64,000 nt of DNA, taken from Oikopleura dioica. Lineage: Eukaryota; Animalia; Chordata. Shown here piece after piece: positions 36,517 to 47,612 of this stretch. The position numbers and the translations under genes are program-made. The stretch covers positions 9,982,001 through 10,046,000 of the forward strand of contig OU015567.1 in NCBI GenBank assembly GCA_907165135.1, read 5' to 3'. The notes beneath the pieces are model-generated. The model had not been told where the DNA came from. It made no database searches and saw nothing but the letters and a program-made list of their open reading frames with translations. Numbering within the stretch: the first letter of the stretch is position 1; the number at the start of each line of letters is the position of its first letter.

Positions 36517-39500
36517 TTAAACCATTATTTCTGTATATTTTGTTCTATGAATACGAGTGTCAAAAGTATATCTGTGATAATCGAGCAGATCCTCGTCATA
36601 ATCGATTAGAATTTCGAGAGATTCGAATGCTTTTTTCGAGAACGCTTTTTCGACGCCGGAAATAATTAATTTTCCACTTGTTTCAAATGCTTTGAGCTTC
36701 GTTGGAGTCGTAAAAATTGATAAAACTTCATAATTTCGTCTCATTGATCTTTCAATCACCTTCGTTCCAATATGAACAAATATTCCATATTTTAATCTTA
36801 TTCCGTTTGCTCAAAAACTTTCTACAACTTTCTTAAGGCTATAACCTCTCTTTTGGCCTCTCCGGAAAACGGACTTCTCTTGGTCGATTTCAAAAATTTA
36901 AAGGGCAAACATACTTGTTTTCTCCTGAAAAATTCAAAAATTCCATTAACAAATACTGTTCTCTGGTAATTGTTTGCTCTAGAATCATTCAAAAATTGCC
37001 ATTCGGTTTCCCAAGAAAACTGGAAGTTCTGAGGTAGAATTTATCCAATAATAATACTAAATAGAGCATATTCTATGATCCTCACGGAGAAAATTTCAAG
37101 ATATTGTCCAAATTATGATTATAATTCTCTCTTCTTTTAAAACTCTTTTGTTTATAGACTGACGCTTCAGATCCGCGCAGCCAATCAGAGCGCGATGAAT
37201 TGCTTGACTCACACGCTCGCCAACAGCGCTCTCTTTTTGGCCTGGAGGATAGCACTCCGCGCAGCGCGTCCACGCGCATTTTTATCCTCAGGTGCCAGCA
37301 CTAACATGGCCCTAGAATGAAAATTTGAACAGTTATCGGAAATTTTATCCGTGGGGATTGTAGAGAAGGCTTAAATCTATTAATTGATCAAAAAAAATCT
37401 ACCTCTGTAATGGTAAAATTCTTCGGAAAACCGAATGGCGTTTTTTAAATGATTGTAAAGTCGAAATTTCGAAAGAAAAATAATTTTTGATCGCATTTAT
37501 GAAATCTACGATAGATTTTGAGTATACGAGTCTTTTTAATTTTTGAAATCGACCAAGGAAAGTCCGTTTTCCAGAGAGGCCAAAAGAGACGTTATAGCCT
37601 TAAGAGAACAGAAACGTAACAATTCCTGTAGAGATGTATCGATAATTCTGCGTAAACATGGGTTAGCTGCTCAGCTGCGAAAATCACAAATATCATACTG
37701 TCAATATCTGTAACGGATATAAATATCGAGCTTTCCTGCTATCTTAGAGTTTTCAGAGGGAACAATTGAGTGGAAGAATTATTAAATTGGTGTATTCATA
37801 TCATTACTTTAATGGCAGCCACTTGCGCCACCAATTCTTTGCCGTAAATTTCACTAGGCTCCACATTTTTGTGGCTCCAATCTCTATTGTTTTCGCTCAA
37901 AGTTGAAATTTGTATGGCTCTTGATGTATAGGTATCGTCTCTCACTCCATAAATATGCAGGTGTTCATCCCATGAGCCCATGTAGCTTATTTCATTGTGG
38001 CAAATAGGAATCAGATTTTTCACTCGGAAAAGCCTTTCATTCTGCTCAGGAATGACATAGAAACACCTTCTCGAATCAAACTCAGGTCGACAAATATAAA
38101 TGTAATCTCTGAATGAAGCTGCTAGTCCATAGTACGCGAACTGTATATAAATTCCGAAAGATGCACGGTAATAGCCTGAGGTTTGAATATCAAGAGATTT
38201 AAGCCGCCTTTGTTCATCAATTTTGTAAATTTGCATATCATCGTGAATGAAGAAGAACTTATCTTTGAACAAGACACTTGTATAAAAATCAAAGACGTCA
38301 ATCTCTAGTAATCTAAACTCTTGCTGTGTCTCCCAGTTGTACAACATCATTGTTAGGCTTACCGGACTGAATTTCGACTCATTTTTCTAGCCTGATTCAC
38401 TGGTCATATGACACAAATAAAGAAAGCCTATAACCAGGGCTTTCATTTTAGCACCATATCAAAATGGGCACTAGAATTGTTTAGAAGAATTTTTCGATGC
38501 CGGGCCGGCCTTCTCAGAAGTCGAGAATCAGTTATTTAAAAAGCCCAGGATCTGAGCTTTCAGTAGAGCCCAAGAAATCTTAGTGCAATGCAATTTTTGG
38601 CCGTCAGCGATCAGTTTAATTGTCAATTTACTGCCTATTTTGGCTATTTTTTGGGAGAAAGTCATCAATTTCAGTGAAATTTGACCGCCAAAACAAGACT
38701 TCAAGCGCTCGCTGAAGGCCACAAACCGCACTGCACTAAGATTTCTTGGGCTCTACTGAAAGCTCAGAGCCTTCGCTTTCTAAATAACTGACTCTCGACT
38801 TCTGAGAAGGCCGGCGCGGCATCGAAAATTCTTCTAAACAATTCTAGTGCCCATTTTGGAACTTCAGGTCCCATAAATTGCCTTGCGGGCATGACCCAGA
38901 CCCCTCGATATGGTGCTCAAATGAAAGCCCTGGTTATAGGCTTTCTTTATTTGTGTCATATGACCACTGAATCAAGCTAGAAAAATGGTTCAAAATTCAG
39001 TCCGGTAAGCCTAATCATTGTTCCGTATCTACCTTGGATTGAGTTTGAAATTTACTCTACTCGACGCAGAAAATATAATCTCAAAACTCTTTACTTGAAT
39101 ACCGAGATCGAGCATATGTCCTGGAGCATACGTCCGTGCTGCTTGAAGCTGATGAAGTTTCGTTATGGTGCAGTGGTAATACTCACATGGACAGCCCTTC
39201 GGACATAGTTCCTCAAAGGGACAAATGCCGTCGAGAAAACCGAATTCACTAAGAAGTTCAACACATAATAGCTTGCACTCGTTTTCTAAACCAGGTTCAG
39301 CAATTGAACAAAGATTCTTGCAGATCGCGCGATCTTTAGCGGGCTAAACACCTTGACTATTTCTAATTTATTTTTATAAAGATGAGCCCCGACAAAATAC
39401 CGGAATCTCTTGCAGTTTTTCAGGTTGATTTCTTGCTGCTTATCATCATATTCAACTAAGTCTACCTTGTCTGTTTCAGAACTAGCAGTATTAGATGTTG

Positions 39501-39767
39501 AATTTTCTACAGACCAAGTCGCATTCGGATAGATGAATTGTTGATAGCCAATACAGTGGTCCAGAGACTTCGTACAATCTACAAATTACTTTTGGGGAGA
39601 AGCAGGGTTGAAAGCCTCTTACCATCAAATCGATTTGTTCTAACGCAGGATTTGTATTCCCGATTGCAGTAGGAGCTTTTGTATGTGATATGAGCAGTGA
39701 GTTTCTTCAGCCCAATATAGTTCGTCGTCACAACAACAAGATTCCAAAAGATTGTACCAATAATCAT
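36517..39767 (-). CDS. Secreted Cys-rich plus beta-propeller-like protein, interrupted by two MITEs
   Basis: Hydrophobic N-terminus, Cys cluster CKNLC..CKLLC..CPFEELCPKGCPCEYYHC, a long beta-strand-rich ORF (37796-38350) and a terminal exon GIFVHIGTKVIER. Confidence 0.6.
36837..37599. mobile_element. MITE (763 bp) with TTAA TSD and ~65-bp TIR starting GGCT (Kolobok-like termini)
   Basis: TTAA at 36833-36836 and 37600-37603; TIR GGCTATAAC..TTTTGGCCTCTC..GGTCGATTTCAAAAATT with about 5 mismatches; an inner inverted pair at ~36983-37017 / 37420-37455. Confidence 0.88.
38354..39013. mobile_element. Foldback MITE (660 bp), TIR starting TAGGCTTACCGG, 8-bp TSD ATCATTGT (hAT-like)
   Basis: Inverted arms of about 240 bp; TSD at 38346-38353 and 39014-39021. 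Confidence 0.92.
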
Positions 39768-40429
39768 ATAATTAACAAATTGGCGTTTGGTTGAAAACCC
39801 ATGTTTGGCAAAAATTTTAGTCGCCGAAAAATCAGCTTTAGGTCTTTCTCTTACTACCAGGATGACTTTACCCTTGCACTTCCGGAGAATGCCCGCACAT
39901 TTGCAATTTGAACACTAAAAGTATATTTTTTCTCTTTATAAGTGATGTTAAACCTCGCCAAAAATATTCATGAGCTCTTTTTCGTTGTTCGCTGTTGAAC
40001 TAAAAAAGAAACATTGACTCTATGGGAGAGAAGAATGAAGTTCGAAAGTCATTGTGTCAAAAATACTATACTTTCCCACACCTCGGTTTTTAATTTATTA
40101 GAGTCAGCTAGGTACACAAAAAATCAGCAGCGTCGGCGGTCTGGGAATTCCTAGAAGTAAGGTGGCTTCAAGCCGGTCAAATTGAAAGTTACCATATCTG
40201 ACTCCACCTCAAAGAATAAAACTGATCGCTCGCTCTTCGCCTTAATGCCAGGACTGTCAAAAATTGCGCCGTCGGATTCTGACGGTCGAGCATCCAAGCG
40301 CTCATTTAGGCTCAAGGTGAGATTTCCTCCAAATCACCTTTATCCGACCTTGCCTGAAAAGTAACGTCTCGTCAAATAAGCAGCCAAAAATAATTGCTTT
40401 TCTCGGCGAGATATATAAAAGCAGCTTTG

Positions 40430-40478
40430 ATGCGACACTCGCTCAGGACTCAGATGGTTCGCAAAACGGTACAGCGAG
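40430..40478 (+). CDS. Candidate alternative FGF first coding exon (MRHSLRTQMVRKTVQR|E)
   Basis: ATG-initiated frame ending at the phase-1 donor CGAG|gtgag. Confidence 0.55.
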
Positions 40479-41081
40479 GTGAGAAACAGAGAGAAAGGGT
40501 ATTCAGCCGGCTAACGCTAAGTGATACTGGCGTAAGACGACAGCTTTTATGTCAGAAAAGGAATCACGTGATTAATATTCAAAAGCATGGCTTTCAGGAG
40601 GTGTATCAGCATCCAGTTTTGTACTTGAGCTCAGTCAACTCGCACTAGATGCAGATAAGCAAACAAAGGGCCAGGAGAATAAGGCTTTAGAGATTTAAAA
40701 ATATATTTTCACCGGCGTTCTCATTTTTCTTTCTTATCAAGGAGATAGTTCAAGCTGCCTTAAAATTAATAAAAATTTTTAACGAAGGGGATAGGTTCTT
40801 TGCCAGATCGACTTTAGAGACAGATTGTCAAAGGCGTCATTTAATTTTAGTAGGATAATTATTTAATTTATTTAACTGCTAGATAAATTATCTTTTATCT
40901 TTACGATAGGAATTATTAACGCGCCGCTCATTATAAATTTCGAGAAAGCAATGAGTTTCGAAAAGATAACCAAGTTGGAAATTAACTTATCTCAACTCTT
41001 GTTGTAAGCGAGAACTTATTTGGTCAGTTACTGCTCATAAAATTACCTCGGAGAGCTTATTGAATTGATTTTGGAAAAGAA

Positions 41082-41112
41082 ATGAAGAGACGATTCTCTA
41101 AGATGCCATTCG
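41082..41112 (+). CDS. Candidate alternative FGF first exon (MKRRFSKMPF|E)
   Basis: ATG frame ending at the consensus phase-1 donor G|gtaagt. Confidence 0.6.
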
Positions 41113-41235
41113 GTAAGTTTTACTTACTCAGAGAAGACCGATTCTAAGGCGTTAATAAAATGCCGAGGGCCGAGAAAAATAATATAGCAGGTATCAAGCC
41201 AAATACAAATATCAAAGTGGGCATTTATTTGGAGC

Positions 41236-41299
41236 ATGCTTGGCACGTTTGAGAGAAAAGAGGATGTTTTCAGGCGGTTTTCTGTCAGACGCAAAACAG
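41236..41299 (+). CDS. Candidate alternative FGF first exon (MLGTFERKEDVFRRFSVRRKT|E)
   Basis: ATG frame ending at the phase-1 donor ACAG|gtacc. Confidence 0.55.
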
Positions 41300-41488
41300 G
41301 TACCGTGATGAAGGACTGTCTGAAGGATAGTTGATTGAAAGATATGAGATCATTGATATCTGCTCTTCTGTCAATACATGTCCAGTCGTTTAGATATAAA
41401 TTGACCTGAGCGCACTGCTCTCAGAACAGAGGATAGCAGTATTCGAGCAAGATTTTTCAGAGCAGTAATTAAAATTACAGTTTGAGAA

Positions 41489-41531
41489 ATGTTTAGGCGC
41501 CAATCAACGCATAATCTTCATTGTCACTCCG
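41489..41531 (+). CDS. Candidate alternative FGF first exon (MFRRQSTHNLHCHS|E)
   Basis: ATG frame ending at the phase-1 donor CCG|gtaagc. Confidence 0.6.
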
Positions 41532-41811
41532 GTAAGCACTTCGGGTTATGTCTAGTGTAAGGGACTGACTCCCTGAGATTCTGAATAAGGACAAAATAAA
41601 AATGGGTTTTGTGAGTGCTTACGGTCAAAAGATTAAAGCAATTATGCTCTAGATTAACTGCGGATTGCCTCCAGATTCACACCGCTCGTCATAATTGAAT
41701 TTAAAACGAGCGCACCTTCAAGTCTCCTCATCTTTTCTTCCTTGTCCTTTCATTTTTCATAAAAAAAGAACAGCCACTTTTTGAAAGAGTTTATTTTCTT
41801 TCATTCATTCA

Positions 41812-42749
41812 ATGAGCAAAAGACGCAAGAGTTTTGCCTTGCAGAGAAAAGCCTCAATTTACAACAAAACCGAAGGTCAGAAGATTGTCTATTTTGAAAC
41901 TTCAGAGCAAGATGCTGAAATGAGACTTTTTGATTATTTTTGTTTTTTAAGAGCCGCAGCTCAAAGCTGTCAAAACTCGCCTGGAGAGTCGATGCGGCTT
42001 ATTTCTTTGTATGCGCCAGTCGAATGATGATCCTTCCACCAGTAAGTCCCTCTATTTAGGCCCAAAAATCACCTAAATCCAAAGTCGTCGTTGGAGGAAA
42101 CAAAGACAAAACCGACCCAAGTTGCATGTTCTATTTGATCCCCGTCGGCCTGCGAGTCGTATCAATCCAGCATGCTGAAACCGGAAACTTCGTCGCAATG
42201 AATTCAAATGGAAAAATCTATGCAAGTGAAATTTTCGGACTCGAGTGCAAATTCAAAGAAAACGTCTTCGAAAACTACTGGTGTATTTACTCCTCTCTTC
42301 AGTACAAGCATCCCGAGACGCAGGTAGAAGGTCATCAAGAAATCGATTGATTTAATTTCTTATTTCTAGCGACCATGGCATTTGGGACTGAATGAAAACG
42401 GAAAGTGCATAAGAGGATCGAAGGCGAAAAAGGACAGAAATGTTTCACACTTTCTCCCTCGCCCTGTGGAAGGTAAATTTGGTTGAAAATCTCTCATGGG
42501 ACTAATTAGATTGTCTCATTAAAGACAATAATTAAAACTAATGTTTACACCAAAACAAGGTGTTTTACTCCTCGGGTGCTTAGCATCAAGAGAAAATCAA
42601 TTTATCGTGATTATTTTATGATCATGAAAGGCAAGCAAAAATTTTTAGTGATGATGATGCGCGAACCTTCGCACCAAGAAATCGTCGGTCAATCACGAAG
42701 CAGCCAGGCGTCCGGAATCAACGAAGTAACGGGCGAACAAACTGTTTGA
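41812..42749 (+). CDS. FGF11/12/13/14: Intracellular FGF (FGF11/12/13/14, FHF) with proximal first exon MSKRRKSFALQRKASIYNKTE
   Basis: EPQLKAVKTRL, FYLIPVGLRVVSIQ, ECKFKENVFENYW and HFLPRPVEVMMMREPS; no signal peptide. Confidence 0.92.
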
Positions 42750-43373
42750 ATCCTTGATATACTCGTCAAGCAGACAGCTAAATAAATGTTCCGATCCAAG
42801 CAACAGTTGAATCAAGTCTTTTGGCATTATTTGAAATTTCATCTCCGTGAAACCTTATCGGTACTTATCCCGGTGCTAGAACGCGAGGTGTTATTGAATT
42901 AATCCAGGCTTGAGGAAGGCTCCTTGAGTGCGCGCATACGATATCCAATTGGCGCAAGTATATTCGCTAAGAGAGTTTTTGTCGAATTTCTGTACCGCTA
43001 GGTTAAATCTTCTTTTTCGACGAAAATTTTTAGGAACTTTTGAGCTCGTTGATTCTGAATTTGTGGTTTTGAATTAGAAATTTGAACTAGAATTCCTCTT
43101 TTTGAAGGTTTAATACATTCAGTTCTTTGGGGTGTAGTAAAAGCGCTGGGCGGCGGCGGAGGTGCTGGTGCGGTGCGCTGCTGAAAAAAGTGCTGGTGTA
43201 GTGGCGTTGATCTTGACGAATTTGTGCTGCAGGCCGCTCCGTCAGCTCGAGACAAAAACCCATTTCCCACAGAGACCATTATTGTGCCCATACAATATTT
43301 TTAAAATTCACCCTTCCGAAAATGCAGAGAACAAAATTATAGAAAAAGATGAAAGAAATTTTATAACGAGAGA

Positions 43374-45417
43374 ATGCTCCCGGCTGGGTTTTTTCGGCGC
43401 CTGGCGCAGGTCATAGGGCTGTACTTGTAAGTTCAAAGTTTTAATAACACGTGATTTGTGATGATATCATGAAGTGTATTTTCGGAGATGCTCTAACTTT
43501 GATTACCAAAATTTAGAGCTGGCTTTCTTATCTTGTTTTTGAATTAACTTATCTTCCAATATTTTATGAAGGAGTCTTTATCAGTATTTCAGTGTGTACA
43601 AATTGATCCGCGGTGAGATATTCGTGTCGAAACCGCGAATTATCCTCACTCCCTCTCATTTGCCCTTGCCTGTTGCCGAAAACGAGTGCTCTCCCCCTCC
43701 ATTTCTTCATTATGACATGAACAGTACTCTGGCACAAATCCAAAATGGAACCTTCAACGATCATTTTTCCTATTCATCGCCTTGTTGGAAGCCGGAATCA
43801 TGTGATCGCTGGCAGCGAACTCTAGTTGTTATTCCTTACAGGTACTTGACACCATCAGTTTTCATGACACCTCTCTGGCCTAGAATACAACTCTTTTTAG
43901 AAATCGAGAAGCAGCATTAAATGTCTCCGTTCCTCTTCTGCACTATTTTCTTCAGAACCAACAGCGCGACTATTGTATTCTCCTTGTAGAACAGGTAAAT
44001 CCTTCATTCGGTTGTATAAGAAAGGATAATCAAGATAATAAACAAGCGCTTCATTTTAGGTCGACCGCAATTTCTTCAACAAAGCGCGTCTGATGAACGC
44101 GGCGTATCGCGAGTCCCAGACCTTGGGACATGGAACCTTCAACTGTTTTATTTATCACGATGTAGGAAAAGGACATGAAAGTACAGTAAGAGGTCAAATT
44201 TACATCTTTAGAGCTCACTCGAGATTACAACTCAAGCTTCCTAAGCTGCTTTAGTTCTATAGCTTGTTGAGTAAATTTATGCAATGTTGATTATGTAAAT
44301 CCTTAGCCTCTGTTTTTCCTAAATCCCTTGAAAAGATATGATTCCCGAAAACGGAGAGCTAGAATATGCCTGCGCCGAACAACCTATTCATCTTTCTCCA
44401 GCAGGTATGATATTTACTGAGTGCTAGTTCGAGTGCGCGACATTATTTTAACCTATTTTCCAGTGAATACATTTGGATACCGCGACCATTATGGGACCTT
44501 GTTTGGCGGCGTTGTTGCTATCACTGGAGATCAGCTGAGAACTGCCAATGGTTTTTCGAATAGATTCTGGGGCTGGGGAGGAGAGGATAATGAAATCGAA
44601 AAGGTAAAGCGTTTGCCTAAAAGAAGTTTTTAACCAACAATAAATAGTATTTAAAAACTAAGTTGACATATTATTCGAAAAATAATAAAAGTCTTTATCT
44701 GCTTTTCAGAGAATTTTCATGTCTGGTCTCGGCCGAAAAGCGCCCCCACAATCCATCGGTCGATACTTTATGCTTCCCCACGAGCACAGCTGGGATTTCA
44801 AGCCGCACTCGTCGCTTGGAATTTCAACCAGCGATCCGGTCTTCCGCGAGATTCGAATCAAGTACAACTACTCAAGATTAGACGAGCTCGGGGCAAAACC
44901 AACCGACTGGTCGCGCGATGGCTTGAACAATCTCAGATACACTCGAACTGGATTTTCGAAAAACGAAGATAAGCAATTCATGAAGCTGGATATAGATGTT
45001 TCTACCGTGAGGCTTTCTGAAATTGCCATAGAAATTGACGGAGAAGAAAAGTACCAAATTGGCTGGGATTTTGAAAAAGACCGTTTGAAACCGCAAGAGC
45101 CCTGTTTTATTGAAAATTCTCCTTTGGAAGGAGCAATGCCAGAAGAACATCGATCCTCGAACGAAACTGATTTTTCAAAAGCAATAGAAAAATGCTCAAA
45201 AGAAGCGGGTTGCAGCTCAATTCTTTTCTCAGAGAAAGAAAACCTCTACTTTTTAAACGAAGAGTCCGTTCTTCTCGGAAGCAGGCGGCTTCACGAGTCC
45301 TTTGGAAGTCTTGTTCAGGAATGGCACCTTCGAATGGATGGTTATCTCGTGAATATTTCCAATGAAATGACATTTGACGTAGTCAAAGTTTTTGTGCTCG
45401 ATTCACGGGTTAGATAG
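43374..45417 (+). CDS. B4GALT: Beta-1,4-galactosyl/GalNAc-transferase (GT7) with C-terminal extension
   Basis: Signal anchor, VVIPYR, FFNKARLMN, FIYHDVD (DxD), LFGGV and NGFSNRFWGWGGED. Confidence 0.85.
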
Positions 45418-45556
45418 ATGGTAAATGTCAGCGCGTACGTACGTTTTTATGAAATGATTTGATTTTCATTGAAAAATGACTGTAAATATCGATTCACGCT
45501 CCCAATAATGTGCCTAATTAGAAAAACTATCAACAGAACAAGATCTGGCTGAAGAA

Positions 45557-46582
45557 ATGTCCCGGTCATCTGGAGCGTCAGAACCAAATTACGAAGCCGA
45601 TTTTGCTCAAAACATCGAATTTCACGATGGTTTCGATGAATTTCAATTTAACTTCTGATTTGACAGTTGAAAACGATATTTACGTGTATACAACGATTCT
45701 CCCGTACACCGAAAACGATCCGAATATTGACAGAGGTTAGTTTATAATGTATATTTTACGATCCCCCCACATCCGTGTTAGTATAGTGGTGAGTATTCCC
45801 GCCTGTCACGCGGGCGACCGGGGTTCGATTCCCCGACACGGAGAATTTTTTCATCACGAAAAACTGTTTTCCCACATAATTTTCATCTTCCCGGTAACTA
45901 AGAAAAATAAGTTTTCTTGATAAAAAAACATTGTTGATTCTTAATCAATTATTCTGTCCATAAAATTGAGTAGGACTTATAGTTTTTTGAAAGTCATTTC
46001 AAATTTCCTTGAATTTACACGTTCTTAGAAATTCCATTAGTGTTTTATTGTAGTACAGTTACTCTGTTTCTATTTGTCCGGTACCTTATCCAAGACCGTT
46101 ATCCTTGTTTGTACGGAACGGCTTCTATTCAATTTGACAGTTTAGTAAATATTTATCGCTGCGTAAAATCGCTTCCTTGCCAATTTTAAACTATTCATCA
46201 TTTGCATTATTCATTTTCAAATTTCAGCGAAACATCGTCTCCTCCGGAATAGTATTTGGTCGCGTATTGAGCGAGTGACGCCTTCTGATTTCGTCGACGG
46301 AAGAGCGGGAATCTCGCTGAGCTTTCCTCTTCCGCCGCTGATAGGCAGTTACCAAGCAAAAACTGTTGCCACAACAAAAGATGCGATGCCTGTAGGACTT
46401 TATAGGTAAAGTACTTTCCCACCATCTCGTTTCTGAGACGCTTTTTCAGATGGTCTTGGTTCCAAGACGTCAAAGATACCGACTTGAGCGCAGAACTCGA
46501 AGTCACAAATAGAATTCTCAATCGGCGACCTCCGTTTTCCCAGAACGAGAACTTTGCCAACTTCAACTTGCCAACCAAATAG
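45557..46582 (+). CDS. Uncharacterised ~150-aa protein (4 exons)
   Basis: GT-AG introns join MSRSSGASEPNYEAD..., ENDIYVYTTILPY..., KHRLLRNSIWSRIER... and WSWFQDVK... in one frame. Confidence 0.55.
45772..45843 (+). tRNA. trnD-GTC: tRNA-Asp(GTC)
   Basis: 72-nt cloverleaf with acceptor stem TCCGTG/CACGGA, anticodon loop CTGTCAC and GGTTCGATTCC T-arm; followed by a T-run terminator. Confidence 0.97.
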
Positions 46583-46786
46583 TTCATAACCACTTTGCCA
46601 AAATGCCCAAAAAAGTGTTCTAATCTTTCTTTCGTTCTGCTACAATTTACCACTACCAATTCTGCTAGTTCTATTCAATACAAAGCAATATCAACAAAAA
46701 CTGATTTTTTCGTCTGTGTTTTTATTTATCGCAAATTTATAATATAAAACAGCTACAAGAGAATCTACCCCTAGTGAGAAAGCAGC

Positions 46787-47261
46787 TTATCCTCGTCGGA
46801 CGGATTTGGTCTCTTGGACGATAGCGGCGCATGGGCAGCAACTGACAACCATAGCGTCCTTGAAGCAGCCACCAGTAGCTCCAGAGATTTCTCGTCGAAG
46901 TCTGAAAGGAAAATGATCGATTGTCTTTCAAATAAAGCCTATTACTTGTAGTGGCAGATGCAATTGAGTGGTGGGAGCATGAAGAAGATAGCCCATTTGA
47001 AGCAGCTTTCGCCACCTAAAAATACCTCTCAAGCATAAATCTTTGGAACATCACTTACGAAGAGCGGCAAGGTTGCCAAGAGCAACACATGGGCAGCACC
47101 AGGCGGTCAAGGCGACTCCTGGGGGCATACAGCAGCCTAAAAATTAAAATCTCTCTCTTGGCTACTGAAATCAACGAGGAATCATCCTATTCCCATCGAT
47201 AGGAGAATCACATACCAGCAAGAAGAGCTCCATGGAGTCCTGGTGCTTCGGTGACAGTCAT
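46787..47261 (-). CDS. PLAC8: PLAC8/cornifelin-family Cys-rich protein
   Basis: AWCCPCVALG, YKLRREI, CFKDAMVVSCCPCAAIVQE; 4 exons. Confidence 0.85.
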
Positions 47262-47612
47262 CGCTAATTAATCTTTATTGAAATCTCGTACGGACGTATT
47301 ATAGGAATTACGCTCGATCCAGCTTCGGAATGAAACACGGAGCTGATATTTGCACATGCTTAAGGACGTGCACGAGGTGGTGTACGGAGCAATGTTTGGA
47401 GTACACTGCTAGGCAACAATTTGTTCTGCAATTAAAAGCGAATACAAGTAGTGATTGATAGCTTTATTTTCGAATGTTAAAATAAAATTGATGTTTATAA
47501 ATTGTTTATATCATTTTATTCGAAGGGCTTTTGTTGAGATGGACGACTTTGGCCAGTGTAAGATTTTTCGACATCCGTTTTTTGTATTTCTTTTTCAGGA
47601 CAGATAATGAAC

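Noticed and set aside
43150-43300. In-frame TGA in VRC*KKCWC as possible selenocysteine
   Set aside because: No start codon, SECIS element or selenoprotein similarity was seen; a minus-strand Pro-rich ORF (42998-43291) is an equally weak alternative.
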